From assembly GCF_006345805.1 (NCBI RefSeq), contig NC_042999.1, positions 7,502,001-7,566,000 of the forward strand: a DNA stretch of 64,000 nucleotides, written 5' to 3'. Both the position numbers and the translations under genes were made by a program. The number at the start of each line of letters is the position of its first letter. Within the stretch, counting starts at the first letter, position 1. The stretch is from Octopus sinensis. Its lineage: Eukaryota. The notes below the pieces were generated by a model. That model searched no databases. It worked only from the letters and a program-made list of their open reading frames with translations, and was not told the origin of the DNA. Shown one piece after another: positions 37,501-49,374 of the stretch.

Positions 37501-40500
37501 TTTTTTGAGTTAGACCTTTGGATTACTTGTTTATCATTGAACTTGTCGCGAGATTATAAAGCAATGCGCAAGGCCCACGATTCTTAACTGGGGTCCATAT
37601 GGCTATTAGGGGTCCAGATAAAAGTTGGTTGTTAAAATTTACGTGTAATAAATCGGTTATACTTTTAAAATGCTGAAAATTTTTTAACAATTTTTTAAAT
37701 AAAATTTCCTAATTATTTTTAATTATGAAAATACAATCGGATATTTTGCAACAACAAATAGCTATGGCAGTCCAGTAGAGTAAAATACGAACGAAAAGAG
37801 TCAACGGATAAAAACTGGTTGAGAACAAACCCAATCTTTTGTGTTATTCTTTGCATGTTCTCGGGATGTGGCCCTTCCGCATGAAACTATGTGTGGTTCT
37901 CCATTGCAATTTGTGGGTCTCACACAATCTAACTCTGCCATTACAATTGTTACTGGTCCGGTGAACCCGACTTGTACCGTGTTCAAGAATTCGCAACGAT
38001 GCGAGGAAAACTTCCGTGCAATGAACTTGCGTTGTTTTTTTCCCCTCTTTCTGTATACAACTCTTAACTTTTTCGCTCTTTCTGTACACAACTCTTAACT
38101 TCTATGGTATCTTTTCCTTCCTGCATATCTTAATAGCATAGGCATAACTTATGAAGCGGGTGGCTCTGATAAAGCATGTCTGATAGAAGTTTTACAAACA
38201 ATAATAGCTCCAAGTATGTTATCCAACTCTGGATATTAGACACTTCAGAGAGGGCGTTGTCCGTTGAAACAGCCTGTGAGTTTTAGGAAAACACAGCTCC
38301 ACTCATAATTTTCAGGTTATTCTGAGATTATGGTGATTGTAGCTTACTTTTGAGTGATAGACTTTGCTGAATAACTTTGTAAATTCAGATATACCAAATC
38401 TACGTCTGATTGGTTGAGCATCCATTCATAATGTTACATCAGCTGTGTGAAACAGTTGTGAAAGAGTTTTTGCGCAGACAGAAGCCACAAGATCTTTTCT
38501 CTACAAACATAATTCCTTTTTCCTTACAGAGAGGACATATACATCTTTCAGAGTTTTATGGGAATTTACTATGTTTTCAGAAAGCTTTGAGAAGGGTAAA
38601 TGTCTTTTTGTTAAAAGATTTCTTTTCACAATTTGTTTTGAGAAATACTGAGAAGCGTAACACGGTTTCCTGTTGAACACCTAGTAATTTAGTGTATGCT
38701 AGCTACTGCATCAGTTTCTTGTATGTCGATGTAATTGATGCTTGCATCTTAATGTAAGGCTGTAGAGTTGAAAAACTGTTTTGAATAGATAGATAGAGAG
38801 GTAGATCAATAGTGATAGAGGCAGTATACAATATTAATACTTTATGGAAATTAATATCCACATCTCATATCTGGAAACTGCATATTGAATTTTGTTTTCG
38901 AGAAAGCTGCACATGTGTTGTCTTCCATAAAGAATGCATTTATTGGAAATATGTAACGGTAATTGTAGTTGGTCTCTCTGCTTGGAAAGTAAATCACAGT
39001 TTCTAACAAAGTTAATCTATAGTAGTGAATTTATCTAACTAGCTAGGTGTATCATTTTGTCTCTTATTGGCAAAGGCTGCCGTATAATATATGCAAATTC
39101 TAATAACGATTATATTTCCGGAAAAAATTTCAGTGTTATTGGGAAAAAAGCAGCGTTTAACAAAATGATAATCCAGATGTTCACACAGGTATTCTTTGGT
39201 TTATCTTCATGAGGAAGAGCTAAAATGGGACAGAAGGGGAACACCAATCTTCTGTGAGTTTTAGACAAAGATATAGTTTCAAAACCACTTTCAGGCTTAC
39301 TATTCTGAAGGAGAGACTATGAAGTCAGCCTTTGTAATATAATCGTTATGGACTATATCTTGATTTACTGGTCCAATCAGGTTTGAATTCAGTTCGTTTT
39401 ACGTACCTCCTTCTTGTAATGGTAATACATCAAAACTTTTTTCCTTCTGTTTCGCTATTATGGTAATACATCAAATAGTTTTCCTTCCTGCTGTTGAAAT
39501 TCACATGTTCCTCTGGCATACTAACCAACCAGCTACTCATTTTTAAAAGAACTGTGAAACATTTTGTGACGTAGGTACTATATCCGGTGCTATATTGTGA
39601 TATTATTCTTCAGAATTAATATGGATGCAGTTCAGAGGGAAATCGAAACCTGGACAAGTACTTAGCTAGACTAAAAAATTATATCAAGGGAAAAAAATCT
39701 TTGATTCTGTATTTCATAAAATAAAATTGTTTCAAACAGAAGGCATGGAATGTTTGAAGTGTTGAAGTCAAACTAAATGTGTTTTCCTTGTGCATTTGGA
39801 TGCATCAGATGGATGAGTATTGAAACAACAAAGGAAAAATTACAATTTCTTTGTTGCCTTTGAATGAAAACAAAATCTATGTTCTTGCAGATAAAGATCT
39901 TGCTAAATGTTCGAATGCAGTATCTGTGTAGTGTAGCATTACATCATAACTGTGTTGCAGCGAGAGAAAGATTACTGGTAAAGTAATTGTTTTGTTTGAA
40001 GTTCGGTGGCCAGCTCGGCCAGTAACTGACTGTTTTGCTGTCGTCGTCTTGAAGTTTTACAATAAACTTTATAATAACAGGTGAAATGATGTGTGAAAAA
40101 CACCGATAGTTGAGATAATTATCATAGGTTTGTGTTTTGACGACCAAACTACAATAGTTTCAGCCTTAATAAAAAGGAAAACAAAACAACTAGCGATGCC
40201 ATGAAACAAATTATCATCGTTGCAGAAACATCAGTAAGAACATTAACACATTGCACATTCACAAAAACCGCAACAACAACAATAACAACAACAACAAATA
40301 CAAAACAATAATGGCGATATAACTGCATTATCGGCAACACCAAAAACAAAGAGAGAAAACAAAGATGCGTTTCTGTCATTTTTTATGACATAAATTGGTG
40401 AATTGATATGCTGATCAATTCCTAGAGTTATACATTCGGCAGACATGAATAATAATTCTAAGCGAAAACAAACTCGTCTGACTATCGTCTTACAGAACTA

Positions 40501-41015
40501 ATACCGATGTTTCAATGTTATAAATATCCAATATTGATGAAAGAATTTCAATTAGTTTGCTCATTCTCTCTAAAGCCTGCGCCAAAAGAATAGGAAAATG
40601 AAAAGAATTACTCGCCGATTCTTGGATATGTTATTAGGTAAAATTATTTAATTTAAAGTGGAACCTTCTTACGGAGATATTTTGTAAATTAAAGACACGT
40701 TTCATAAAGACATCACTTGTGGAGAAATGGAAAGAAAATTAGCTCCGACTCTTTATCTTCAAAACTTATGCGCACGCGCACACACATACACACAAATGCA
40801 CCCACACGCTTGCGCACAAACGTACACACACGCTCAGACAGACAGACACACATACACACACATACACACACACACACACACGAATAGAATATGAGTGATT
40901 GTCTGGAGAAAATATATCCGGCATTAATTTCTTTGGTCATTTGAGGTAATAATCGATTTAATCAAAGCGCATTTGCCGTACGTGTGTATGTATGGATATG
41001 TATGGATATGTATGG

Positions 41016-41046
<31 letters not shown>

Positions 41047-41236
41047 TCTATTTATCTAACTATCGATGATCGGTATTTAAAAAAATGATCTTATCCTTAT
41101 TTATATAAATTTATATCTATCTGTGTATATATAAATCAATATATATATATAAACATGCATACATACATATGTATATGTGTATATGTATATATGTATGTAT
41201 GTGTGTATGTATGTATATATGTATACATACAAACAT

Positions 41237-41275
<39 letters not shown>

Positions 41276-41279
41276 ATGT

Positions 41280-41493
41280 AAGAGCAGGAAAAATGACATT
41301 AAAAAATCATCAGAGAAGATATACGTCCAAAATAATAGATAGATAGATATAAATGTATAAAGTATGATTATTTAAGAAGTTTAAACTTCTTAAGTAATCA
41401 TACTTTAAATATTTATATGTCTATCTATTAATACAATATTATTTTGGACGTATATCTTCTGTCATGATTTTTAACGTAATTTTTCCTGCTCTT
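41280..41493. repeat. About 214-bp imperfect palindrome with no spacer
   Basis: Centre agaagttt|aaacttct at 41382/41383; arms gaagatatacgtccaaaataata / tattattttggacgtatatcttc and aagagcaggaaaaat / atttttcctgctctt. Confidence 0.85.
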
Positions 41494-41623
41494 TATAATA
41501 TATAATCTCTCTTACCAAATGTCCAAATACATTTAAGGTTTTAGACATTTCCCTACAAAGAGCACTTATCAGAAATTCAGTATACCCTGTTCTCATTGAA
41601 TATATCTGATTAAATATATATAA

Positions 41624-41666
<43 letters not shown>

Positions 41667-41705
41667 TATATATATATATATAATATATATATATATAATA
41701 TATAT

Positions 41706-41808
<103 letters not shown>

Positions 41809-41811
41809 GTG

Positions 41812-41884
41812 TGTGTATATTGGCAGGGCTTACTGCTAGGGAGTCGGCCCGACTCCCTAGCAGTAAGCCCTGCCAATATACACA
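41812..41884. repeat. Perfect 36-bp inverted repeat with a 1-nt loop
   Basis: tgtgtatattggcagggcttactgctagggagtcgg-c-ccgactccctagcagtaagccctgccaatatacaca. Confidence 0.95.
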
Positions 41885-42033
41885 TATATTAGAATTATCT
41901 CTGACTCCTCAGATTTTTGTATGCTGGACTACTGGTTTTAAATTGATATTAAAATTAATATTAATTTATCTCCCTCATTATTTAAATATATATATATATA
42001 TAATATATATATATATATATCATATATATCCTA

Positions 42034-42068
42034 ATATCATGAATAGCGATAGCGAAACCGGTCGATAT
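42034..42068 (+). ncRNA. Decayed hammerhead remnant (lacks CUG)
   Basis: atatc atga atagcgatagc GAAAC CG GTC gatat: stem I, palindromic ACCGGT and GUC are retained, but the core is incomplete. Confidence 0.4.
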
Positions 42069-42089
42069 ATAAAATATTATATTAAAACT

Positions 42090-42630
42090 ATGTAAGTGTG
42101 CGTATATTCCTTTTTTAATGTTATATACATTACAACTCACCACGTGGGGATAATCGAAATTCCTCTATGCTATGGCTGTACAAATTTGTGAATACGTGAA
42201 AGTGGTGAATGCAAGTTCATTGATTCTGTATGTTAATGTCGGAGTTATATAGGGATGTCTGTCATCCCGAACCGCGTCTCCATTCGGTCTCTTTGTCGGT
42301 CGTAAACATCTGTACTAAGTTGTAAATGTGGTTAGTTCTAACTTGGTGTTTAGGACGTGTAAATTCCCGGTTATCTCCCGATCAGGTTTCCGAGAGCTTA
42401 CATGAGTCTCGGCAAGTGGAAACCGGCTCGAGGTTTTGTCGAGGAGCTACGTTACTCCATGTTCTAGAGTTTGTCCAAACTAGTATGTTTTTAAACTGGC
42501 CACATCCAAAGGACTGCTCCGTACGTTCTACGGGTCTTATGCGTGTGCTGCTCATGGGGACCATATTTTGGTACACAATACAGTCTGAGAATTCACTCTT
42601 TGGAGGAAAGCTGTGATTTCGTGACATTTT
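42090..42630 (-). mobile_element. Possible decayed Penelope-like GIY-YIG fragment
   Basis: CIVYQNMVPMSSTRIRPVERTEQSF loosely resembles the VY...YIGxTE..F pattern, and a hammerhead remnant is adjacent. Weak. Confidence 0.25.
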
Positions 42631-43580
42631 ATTGACGTACTTCTTTGTAAATTATTTCCACAATGTTTGCATGATGGCTTTTAAAGTCATTAGACATAAT
42701 ATTTATGCTGCCGTCGCTCACCTTAAAAGATAAAATCTTTAAAAAAGTTCAATAGCCTGTAAAAACTTTACCGCTTGGAAAATGTCTGTCTGTTATGGCT
42801 TATACTATTGTTGCATAGTGTCTTATATCATACAACATTTTCTCATTAATATTGCAGACCGGTTGCTTGATACTGTTGCTGAATGCTAAAGTCATTCTTG
42901 ATATCGGCTGCGAGATATTATCTTGCGACAGAACACTGCAGTTCTTCAAAATGGCTTCGTAGGAGAACAATGTATTTGACGTCTTTTCATACACGTTGGT
43001 TTATGTATGTAACCGTTTGGTGTTTGATTTCATCGTGTGTGCGCGCGTGTGTCTGTGTTTGTGCGTGTGTACATGTGCGTGTGCTTGTGTGTATGTGCGC
43101 GTGCATATGCGTATATGCACGTGCGTATGCGTATGTGCACGCGTATGTGTGCGCGTGCTTGCAGTGAACAATTCATAGCTACCGGATTTCGGTTTCGCCC
43201 GATGATCGGCACCTTCACAACAGGAATATATTTCCTACTTTAGTCTCTGGTTAACAAATATGTAATGGGTAGAATTCTATAGATGCCATATATAAATATA
43301 TATATATATATACATATGTCATTCATATATATATATATATTTGTATATATTAGAAGAAATGAGGTAATCAGAAATTCGGATGGTTTTATATTTACAGATA
43401 TTTATTTGTTTATTACATGTTTTTGTACATCATATAACTTATATCATATATCATATATCATATATTAGCGTTTTCGTCCATTCTAGTGGAGTTTTGGGGA
43501 AACTTTGACTATATGTATTGTGTTATTGAGTGTGTAGTGGTGGGGAGGGATATAAGATAGTACAAAAGGGTGATGAATGG

Positions 43581-43609
<29 letters not shown>

Positions 43610-43613
<4 letters not shown>

Positions 43614-44115
43614 CATGTGTGTGTATGTTTTTGCATCTGAAAATTGTATTAAAGAAAAAGAATGAAAGGAAGAAAAGGGAGAGAAAGAAGAAAAAATTGT
43701 TTTGTTGATCTCTTTGTAACTGGTCAGGCTGTTTACTCCAAGGATGGGGCAAAATGTCACTTTTCAAAAAATTGTCTGGATTTCTTTTTTATCATTGTCT
43801 AGTGAGAGAGAGAGAAAGAGAGAGAGAGAGTGTGTGTGTGTGTGCGTGTGTGTGTCTGTTTTTGTATCTGACAGGGGTATTAAAGAAAAAGAAGGAAAGC
43901 AGGAAGAAGGAGAGAAATTATGTTGATATCCTTGCAGTTGCTAGGTTTGTAATTAATAATTCTTGGCTTATAGCGATTGTAAATCCAGCTGTTTTCTCCA
44001 AGGGGGGCAAAATGTCACTTTTCAATAAATTGTTTGTATTTCCTTTTTATCATTGTCTTGTGAGAGTGTGTATGTATGTGTGTGTGTTTTTGTATCTGAA
44101 AGATGTATTAAGGAG
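43610..44115. repeat. Diverged tandem repeat of about 250 bp (about two copies)
   Basis: ctccaagg..ggggcaaaatgtcacttttcaa...ttttatcattgtct appears at about 43736 and 43995; ttttg(t/c)atctga appears three times. Confidence 0.7.
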
Positions 44116-44383
44116 GAATCGTCAGGTTTGTATATATATATACATATATATATAAGAAGATAATGGTGTCATTGAGACCCAAAGGTGTCAGATAATGCAG
44201 AATAAGTGCTATAGACAGACCATAGTTAAGTTCCAGATTCGGTATTTTTGCGAATAAGGGGTTCAATGTTGGTTCTATCTCAGCGTGTGTATATAAGAAA
44301 TTTTTTGTGTAAGAAGATAAAAAACCAAGGCTGTGTAGATATTAGAACAGTTTTGGTTTTTTATCTTATTACGCCAAAAATTG

Positions 44384-44436
<53 letters not shown>

Positions 44437-45004
44437 CATTATTTTTGTGTTAATAAGACTACCAATGGTGTCTTTACAACAATACTATTGTTGTTCAAGC
44501 GTACAACATGGAAGTCATGGTTCTCGTCTCCATTTAGGATAATTATGTTCTTAATTCTCACTTCATTAGCACATCATGCGGAATTCTGACTAGCGAAGAT
44601 TAGAACATCAAATAGCGATTTGTATGACATCGATTGATATAAATGGCATCACAGCAAACCTCCAAGGTAAGATCCAGCAGGCCTAAAAACCCCGCAGAGT
44701 GAATAATAAAAGTAATTATTTCAATGTGGAGAGCTGGTGTCAAATTGACATTACAATTCCATTGACCATTCGCTTACCCAGATGTCATGATTTTCAGGTA
44801 CAGTCGCGCAGATGAATCTCCAGATGAAATTATTTGGCCGTTTCACAATATTCAATGAATGGACAATAGACTTGTATCATATATATTCATATATATATCG
44901 TATGTATTACATAACATTATATGAATTATATATCATTTGTTGTTTATGGATTGCCCATTTACGTAAAGAATAGCAATGGCAATTTGACTTTTTTCCTCAT
45001 TTAA

Positions 45005-45036
<32 letters not shown>

Positions 45037-45038
<2 letters not shown>

Positions 45039-45420
45039 AGAGATACAGGCAGACTACGGTTGATGCATACATATATGGATTTAATTTTTATAGAGTTGTC
45101 CAATCTAAAACATATATTAATGCATTCGGAATATAAAAATATAGAAATATAAAAATATATGAATGTTAAAAATATGCATGGACATATAAATACATAGATA
45201 TATAAACAAAAGAGAGTATATATAAAAATATAGATAAATATAATGAAATATAGAAAGAAAATTGCATATTTTTAGCATTCGTATGTTATTATATTTTTGT
45301 CTTTATATAACGAATGTATTAATATAAGTTTTAGATTGGACAAATCTATCATAATTAAATCCGTATGTGTATTTATCAATCGTAGTCTGCCTGATTTGAA
45401 CCTCTTCTCTGTATCTCTTA
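45037..45420. repeat. Foldback element (arms of about 95 bp around an AT-rich spacer)
   Basis: taagagatacag...gcagactacg...ttgtccaatctaaaac versus gttttagattggacaa...cgtagtctgc...ctgtatctctta. Confidence 0.75.
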
Positions 45421-45535
45421 TACGTGTCTAGCATCTCGGGTTTGACTCGAGCACTTCCATGATTTCTATGCTTTTGAAATCAAAATTATATATATATAGA
45501 TATACCTATACATATATACACATACATATACATAC

Positions 45536-45621
<86 letters not shown>

Positions 45622-46054
45622 GCATGTATGGGCTCAGGACGTCACCAACAGTAAACATGAAATACGAAAAGAAATAAGTTCAATACGCAAACAACGAGAG
45701 AAACAAATGGAAAACAGGACAAGTAACATAAAGAACGACCCTTCATAAGTTGTCGGCTGTCTACTCATTTCGAGCAGTGAATGACAATATGAGTCTTCGA
45801 AGACAGTTGCTCCCATGAATACCAAAATAAAATTTGGGATTTATGGAGGGTCAAAGTTGGGAACAAAAACAGGACAGTGGAGACATACAAGGAAACAGAG
45901 CGAAAACAAACATGGAGGGTCATTAGACCAGAACGATGGGAAAATAGTGAACGCTGGAGAAATATTTTCTTTGACAAGAGAAAAGATAGAAGAGAGAAAC
46001 AGGATATGTCCAGACATTGTGAAATTTCTAGGGTATTTTATAAAGAGAAGGATA

Positions 46055-46102
46055 ATCTTACAGCTGTTTCAGGGTTATAATGGATATCTTATCATCAGAG
46101 AC
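46055..46102 (-). ncRNA. Hammerhead motif with intact core and decayed stem II
   Basis: Minus strand reads gtct CTGATGA t aagatatccattataaccc t GAAAC AGCT GT A agat. Confidence 0.6.
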
Positions 46103-46172
46103 GACATGATAGAGTTAAGTAGAAGGAAATAGCAGAGATCAATATAAGAAGTTGTTTTGGAAATGGGAAATA

Positions 46173-46471
46173 TGGAGGCGCAATGGCCCAGTGGTTAGGG
46201 AAGCGGACTCGTGGTTGTAGGATCGCAGTTTCGATTTCCAAACCGGGCGTTGTGAGTGTTTATTGAGCGAAAACACCTAAAAGCGCCACGAGGCTCTGAC
46301 AGGGGGTGGGGATCCCTGCTGTACTCTTTCACCACTCTTTCTTCTGTTGGCCTGCTCGCTTAGCCAGCGGGGTGGCGTCATTCGAAGGCTAAAACAATGC
46401 GAACGCATTGTGACCAGCGATGTGTAACAACATCTGATGGTCTGGTCGGTCACGTGATCACGTGACGTGAT
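46173..46471 (+). mobile_element. tRNA-derived SINE, head A plus tail X
   Basis: Same head as 13806. An 11-bp TSD aatgggaaata lies at 46162-46172 and 46472-46482. The tail ends gtcacgtgatcacgtgacgtga. Confidence 0.9.
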
Positions 46472-46833
46472 AATGGGAAATACACGAATAGAAATAAAGA
46501 TATCTGTTGGATGTTAAACTTTCTGTTCCATTATCCATGGAATGTGTTGTGTAGAATGGGTGAAGAGGCTTCTTGTCCATGGTATGTAGATTCCGATAGA
46601 AGTTCATAATTTATTATTCCAAATGGATATGAACTTACAAACCAGAGACAAGAAGCCTTTTTAACCACTCTACACAACACATTCCTTGGATAATGGAACT
46701 GCAAATGTAACGGACAGCATATATCTTTATTTTTATTCTCATATTTCTCTTTATATTTCCTAAATCTCTCCCTTTCGAAAATAAATTCTTTTATTGAATT
46801 CTGCTGTTTCCTTCTATTTCATTCTCTCATATC

Positions 46834-46882
46834 GTCTCTGATGATGGGATATCTTTTATATTCCTGAAACAGCTGTTAAGAC
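46834..46882 (+). ncRNA. Hammerhead motif with a 1-nt insertion at the cleavage site
   Basis: gtct CTGATGA t gggatat ctttt atattcc t GAAAC AGCT GT t a agac. Confidence 0.65.
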
Positions 46883-46985
46883 TACCTTTCTCTTTCTAAA
46901 ATGTCCTAGAAATTTCACACTGCCTTGGGTTTGTTGTCTCATTTTATTTAACCTATCTATCTGTCTATCTATCTATCTATCTATC

Positions 46986-47057
<72 letters not shown>

Positions 47058-47091
47058 GCTATCTATCTATCCATCTATCTATCTATATATC

Positions 47092-47132
<41 letters not shown>

Positions 47133-47169
47133 GATCAAAATAAAATAAAAACATGATGCGAAGGATTCA

Positions 47170-47247
47170 GCGGTACATATGTTTCGGGCCTTTATTAGAC
47201 AGATTTATAACAATGCATAATGTATGTCTGTGGCCTTCTTCAGCCGC
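47170..47247 (-). ncRNA. Type I hammerhead ribozyme with complete core
   Basis: Minus strand reads gcgg CTGAAGA a ggcc-acaga...tctgt...ggcc c GAAAC ATAT GT A ccgc. Predicted cleavage between 47174 and 47173. Confidence 0.8.
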
Positions 47248-47692
47248 GCACAACAGCTTCCACAAGGACATGTGTTACATCAAAAATTCTTGGTTGGGGA
47301 TGCAAATCCTCTCATTCACGTACGACATAATGCGGCAGCAGCATAGAGTTGAAGCGTCCATCTCTTTCTTCTCTCAATGTAGAATGAGGAAAATTGGATG
47401 TTGAGGTAATGTAAATAAATAAATACATATATAGAGGTGAAGATGGAGGGGCGAGAGTTCGGGACGAGGGATAAAAAATGTATAAAAAGTGTAAGTATAG
47501 AATAATATAAAAATGTAGAGGATAAAGGGTTGTAAGTAGATGTAAAGGGGGTATAAAGAAATATAAAGTAAAAATAGAAATAGAAATAAAAGTAAAAAAA
47601 CCTGATAAAAACATGATAAAAGTGTAAAAGAATGTAAAGATAAGGGATGTATAGAGGTTATGGACCAAGCATGGTGGTCAGGAGAAAATATA

Positions 47693-47777
<85 letters not shown>

Positions 47778-47864
47778 ATATACACCTATGTATATATATA
47801 TATGTATGTATATATATTTATGTTTGCATGTATGTATTTAGGTAGGTAGGTGTGTATGTGTGTG

Positions 47865-48240
47865 TTTTTGCATTTCGTCCGTCTTCATGTTCCGAGTTCA
47901 AATACCGACGAGGTCAACTTTAACTTTCATCCTGTTGGGATCGATAAAATAAAGTACCAGTTGGGGACTATGGTCGCTGTCTTCGACCTACTCCTTGCTG
48001 AGCAAAAATTTGGAATCGAGATTATCAAGCGTTACGGCTGCAAGCTGGCAGAATCGTTAGCAGACACCGGGCGAAAGTGTTTAGCGGAATTTCGTCCGTT
48101 TTTACGTTCCGGTTTCAAAATTCCGCCGAGGTCGACTTGGCCTTTCATTCTTTTGGTGTTGAGGGCGTCGATGAAATCAACTGAACCCCTGTCCCGAACT
48201 TGCTGGCTTTCTGCCAAAATTTGAGACCAATGTTATCAAT
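47865..48240 (+). mobile_element. Two decayed SINE family 2 copies
   Basis: Family modules at about 47865 and 48035. Confidence 0.7.
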
Positions 48241-49374
48241 AGTTTTTGAGGAATTAAAAATAACCGTTATTTATAATAAGCCAACCTGAATATATTTCTT
48301 ACATTTACAACGCCAACAAAAATTACATACAAAATTGTATATTTTACCGATATCAGTAATTACATTGATTCAATTTTCATTGATTCAGAACAGTTTTATG
48401 GTAAAGTTTTCATGTGTAAAACTTTTGGATTCAAATATAGTTTATTTGAGTGCAGCGGATTATGTTATGACCTCAGAATAAGATATTTATACAGTTGTAT
48501 ATTACAGATATTTAATCGTTTCTCCGTTGAAACTTGTGTATATCTTTATACAATTTGTTTTATCTAAAGTGGGTGTTTTATATTATCATTTCTTTCATTT
48601 TGAGAAGATTGATTTCATAAACGCGTGTGTTCTAGTTTCCGGCATAATGTCTTCTTTATTGAAAACTTGATTTTAGGCATTTTGTTTTCGCATTGTTTTA
48701 AATTTCTAAGATTTTTGGTTTTTCTACAATACTAACCTGAAGCATTTCAAAGTAAATTTGTCTTTTTCTTACATTAAATCTTTATTTCAGCTTGTGCAGT
48801 TATGAAGAGAAAATAAACTCCAGATCAGACGGGAAATATTAAAACTTCATTTTAACTCTAATTTTTCAAATTGTGAAAGTGAGTGGAAAAATCAATTCTA
48901 ACGGATTGAAGTCGTTTGTGTCGATATTTCTATTGTATCTGAAACAAATAACCGCAGCAGCAGATGAAAGTTAGAGATATGACAACACATATATATCACT
49001 CGCATATTGACATTTGTATTGAAGTAGTTCTCGAAATGTCAATATTTCAATCACACAATAACAATTTGTTTTATTTTACATGAAAGACTTCGTTCCACTT
49101 GAAATGGTTTCATTTAATGTAGAGATGAAATGTAACAATAACATTTTGACATCTCTCTTTTCACAAACTCAATTCGTTTTTACTTTGTAAGGTTTCCCTA
49201 AAACTGGTGGATGGAGATTACAATTCAGTGCACCAATTATTTAGACTGTAAACGGTTTCAACAACACTTTAGGCAGAAAATCTTTATCAAAAACACTAAA
49301 AGGGATTTATCACAAATTATATTCGCTCATATTCAAGGATTTTGAACAGAAACAACCACAACAGTAGTAATAAT

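Larger units (their letters stand above)
45626..46950. mobile_element. Penelope-like inverted pseudo-LTR pair centred near 46615, interrupted by a SINE
   Basis: ttccattatccatggaatgtgttgtgtag...ggcttcttgtc is mirrored by gacaagaagcc...ctacacaacacattcc...ggataatggaa. Outer arms at 46000-46170 and 46700-46950 each carry a hammerhead motif. Confidence 0.8.

Noticed and set aside
38250-38285. gggc-gtt-gtcc...GAAACAGCCTGT hammerhead-like string
   Set aside because: The CUGANGA core is absent and stem I cannot be formed.
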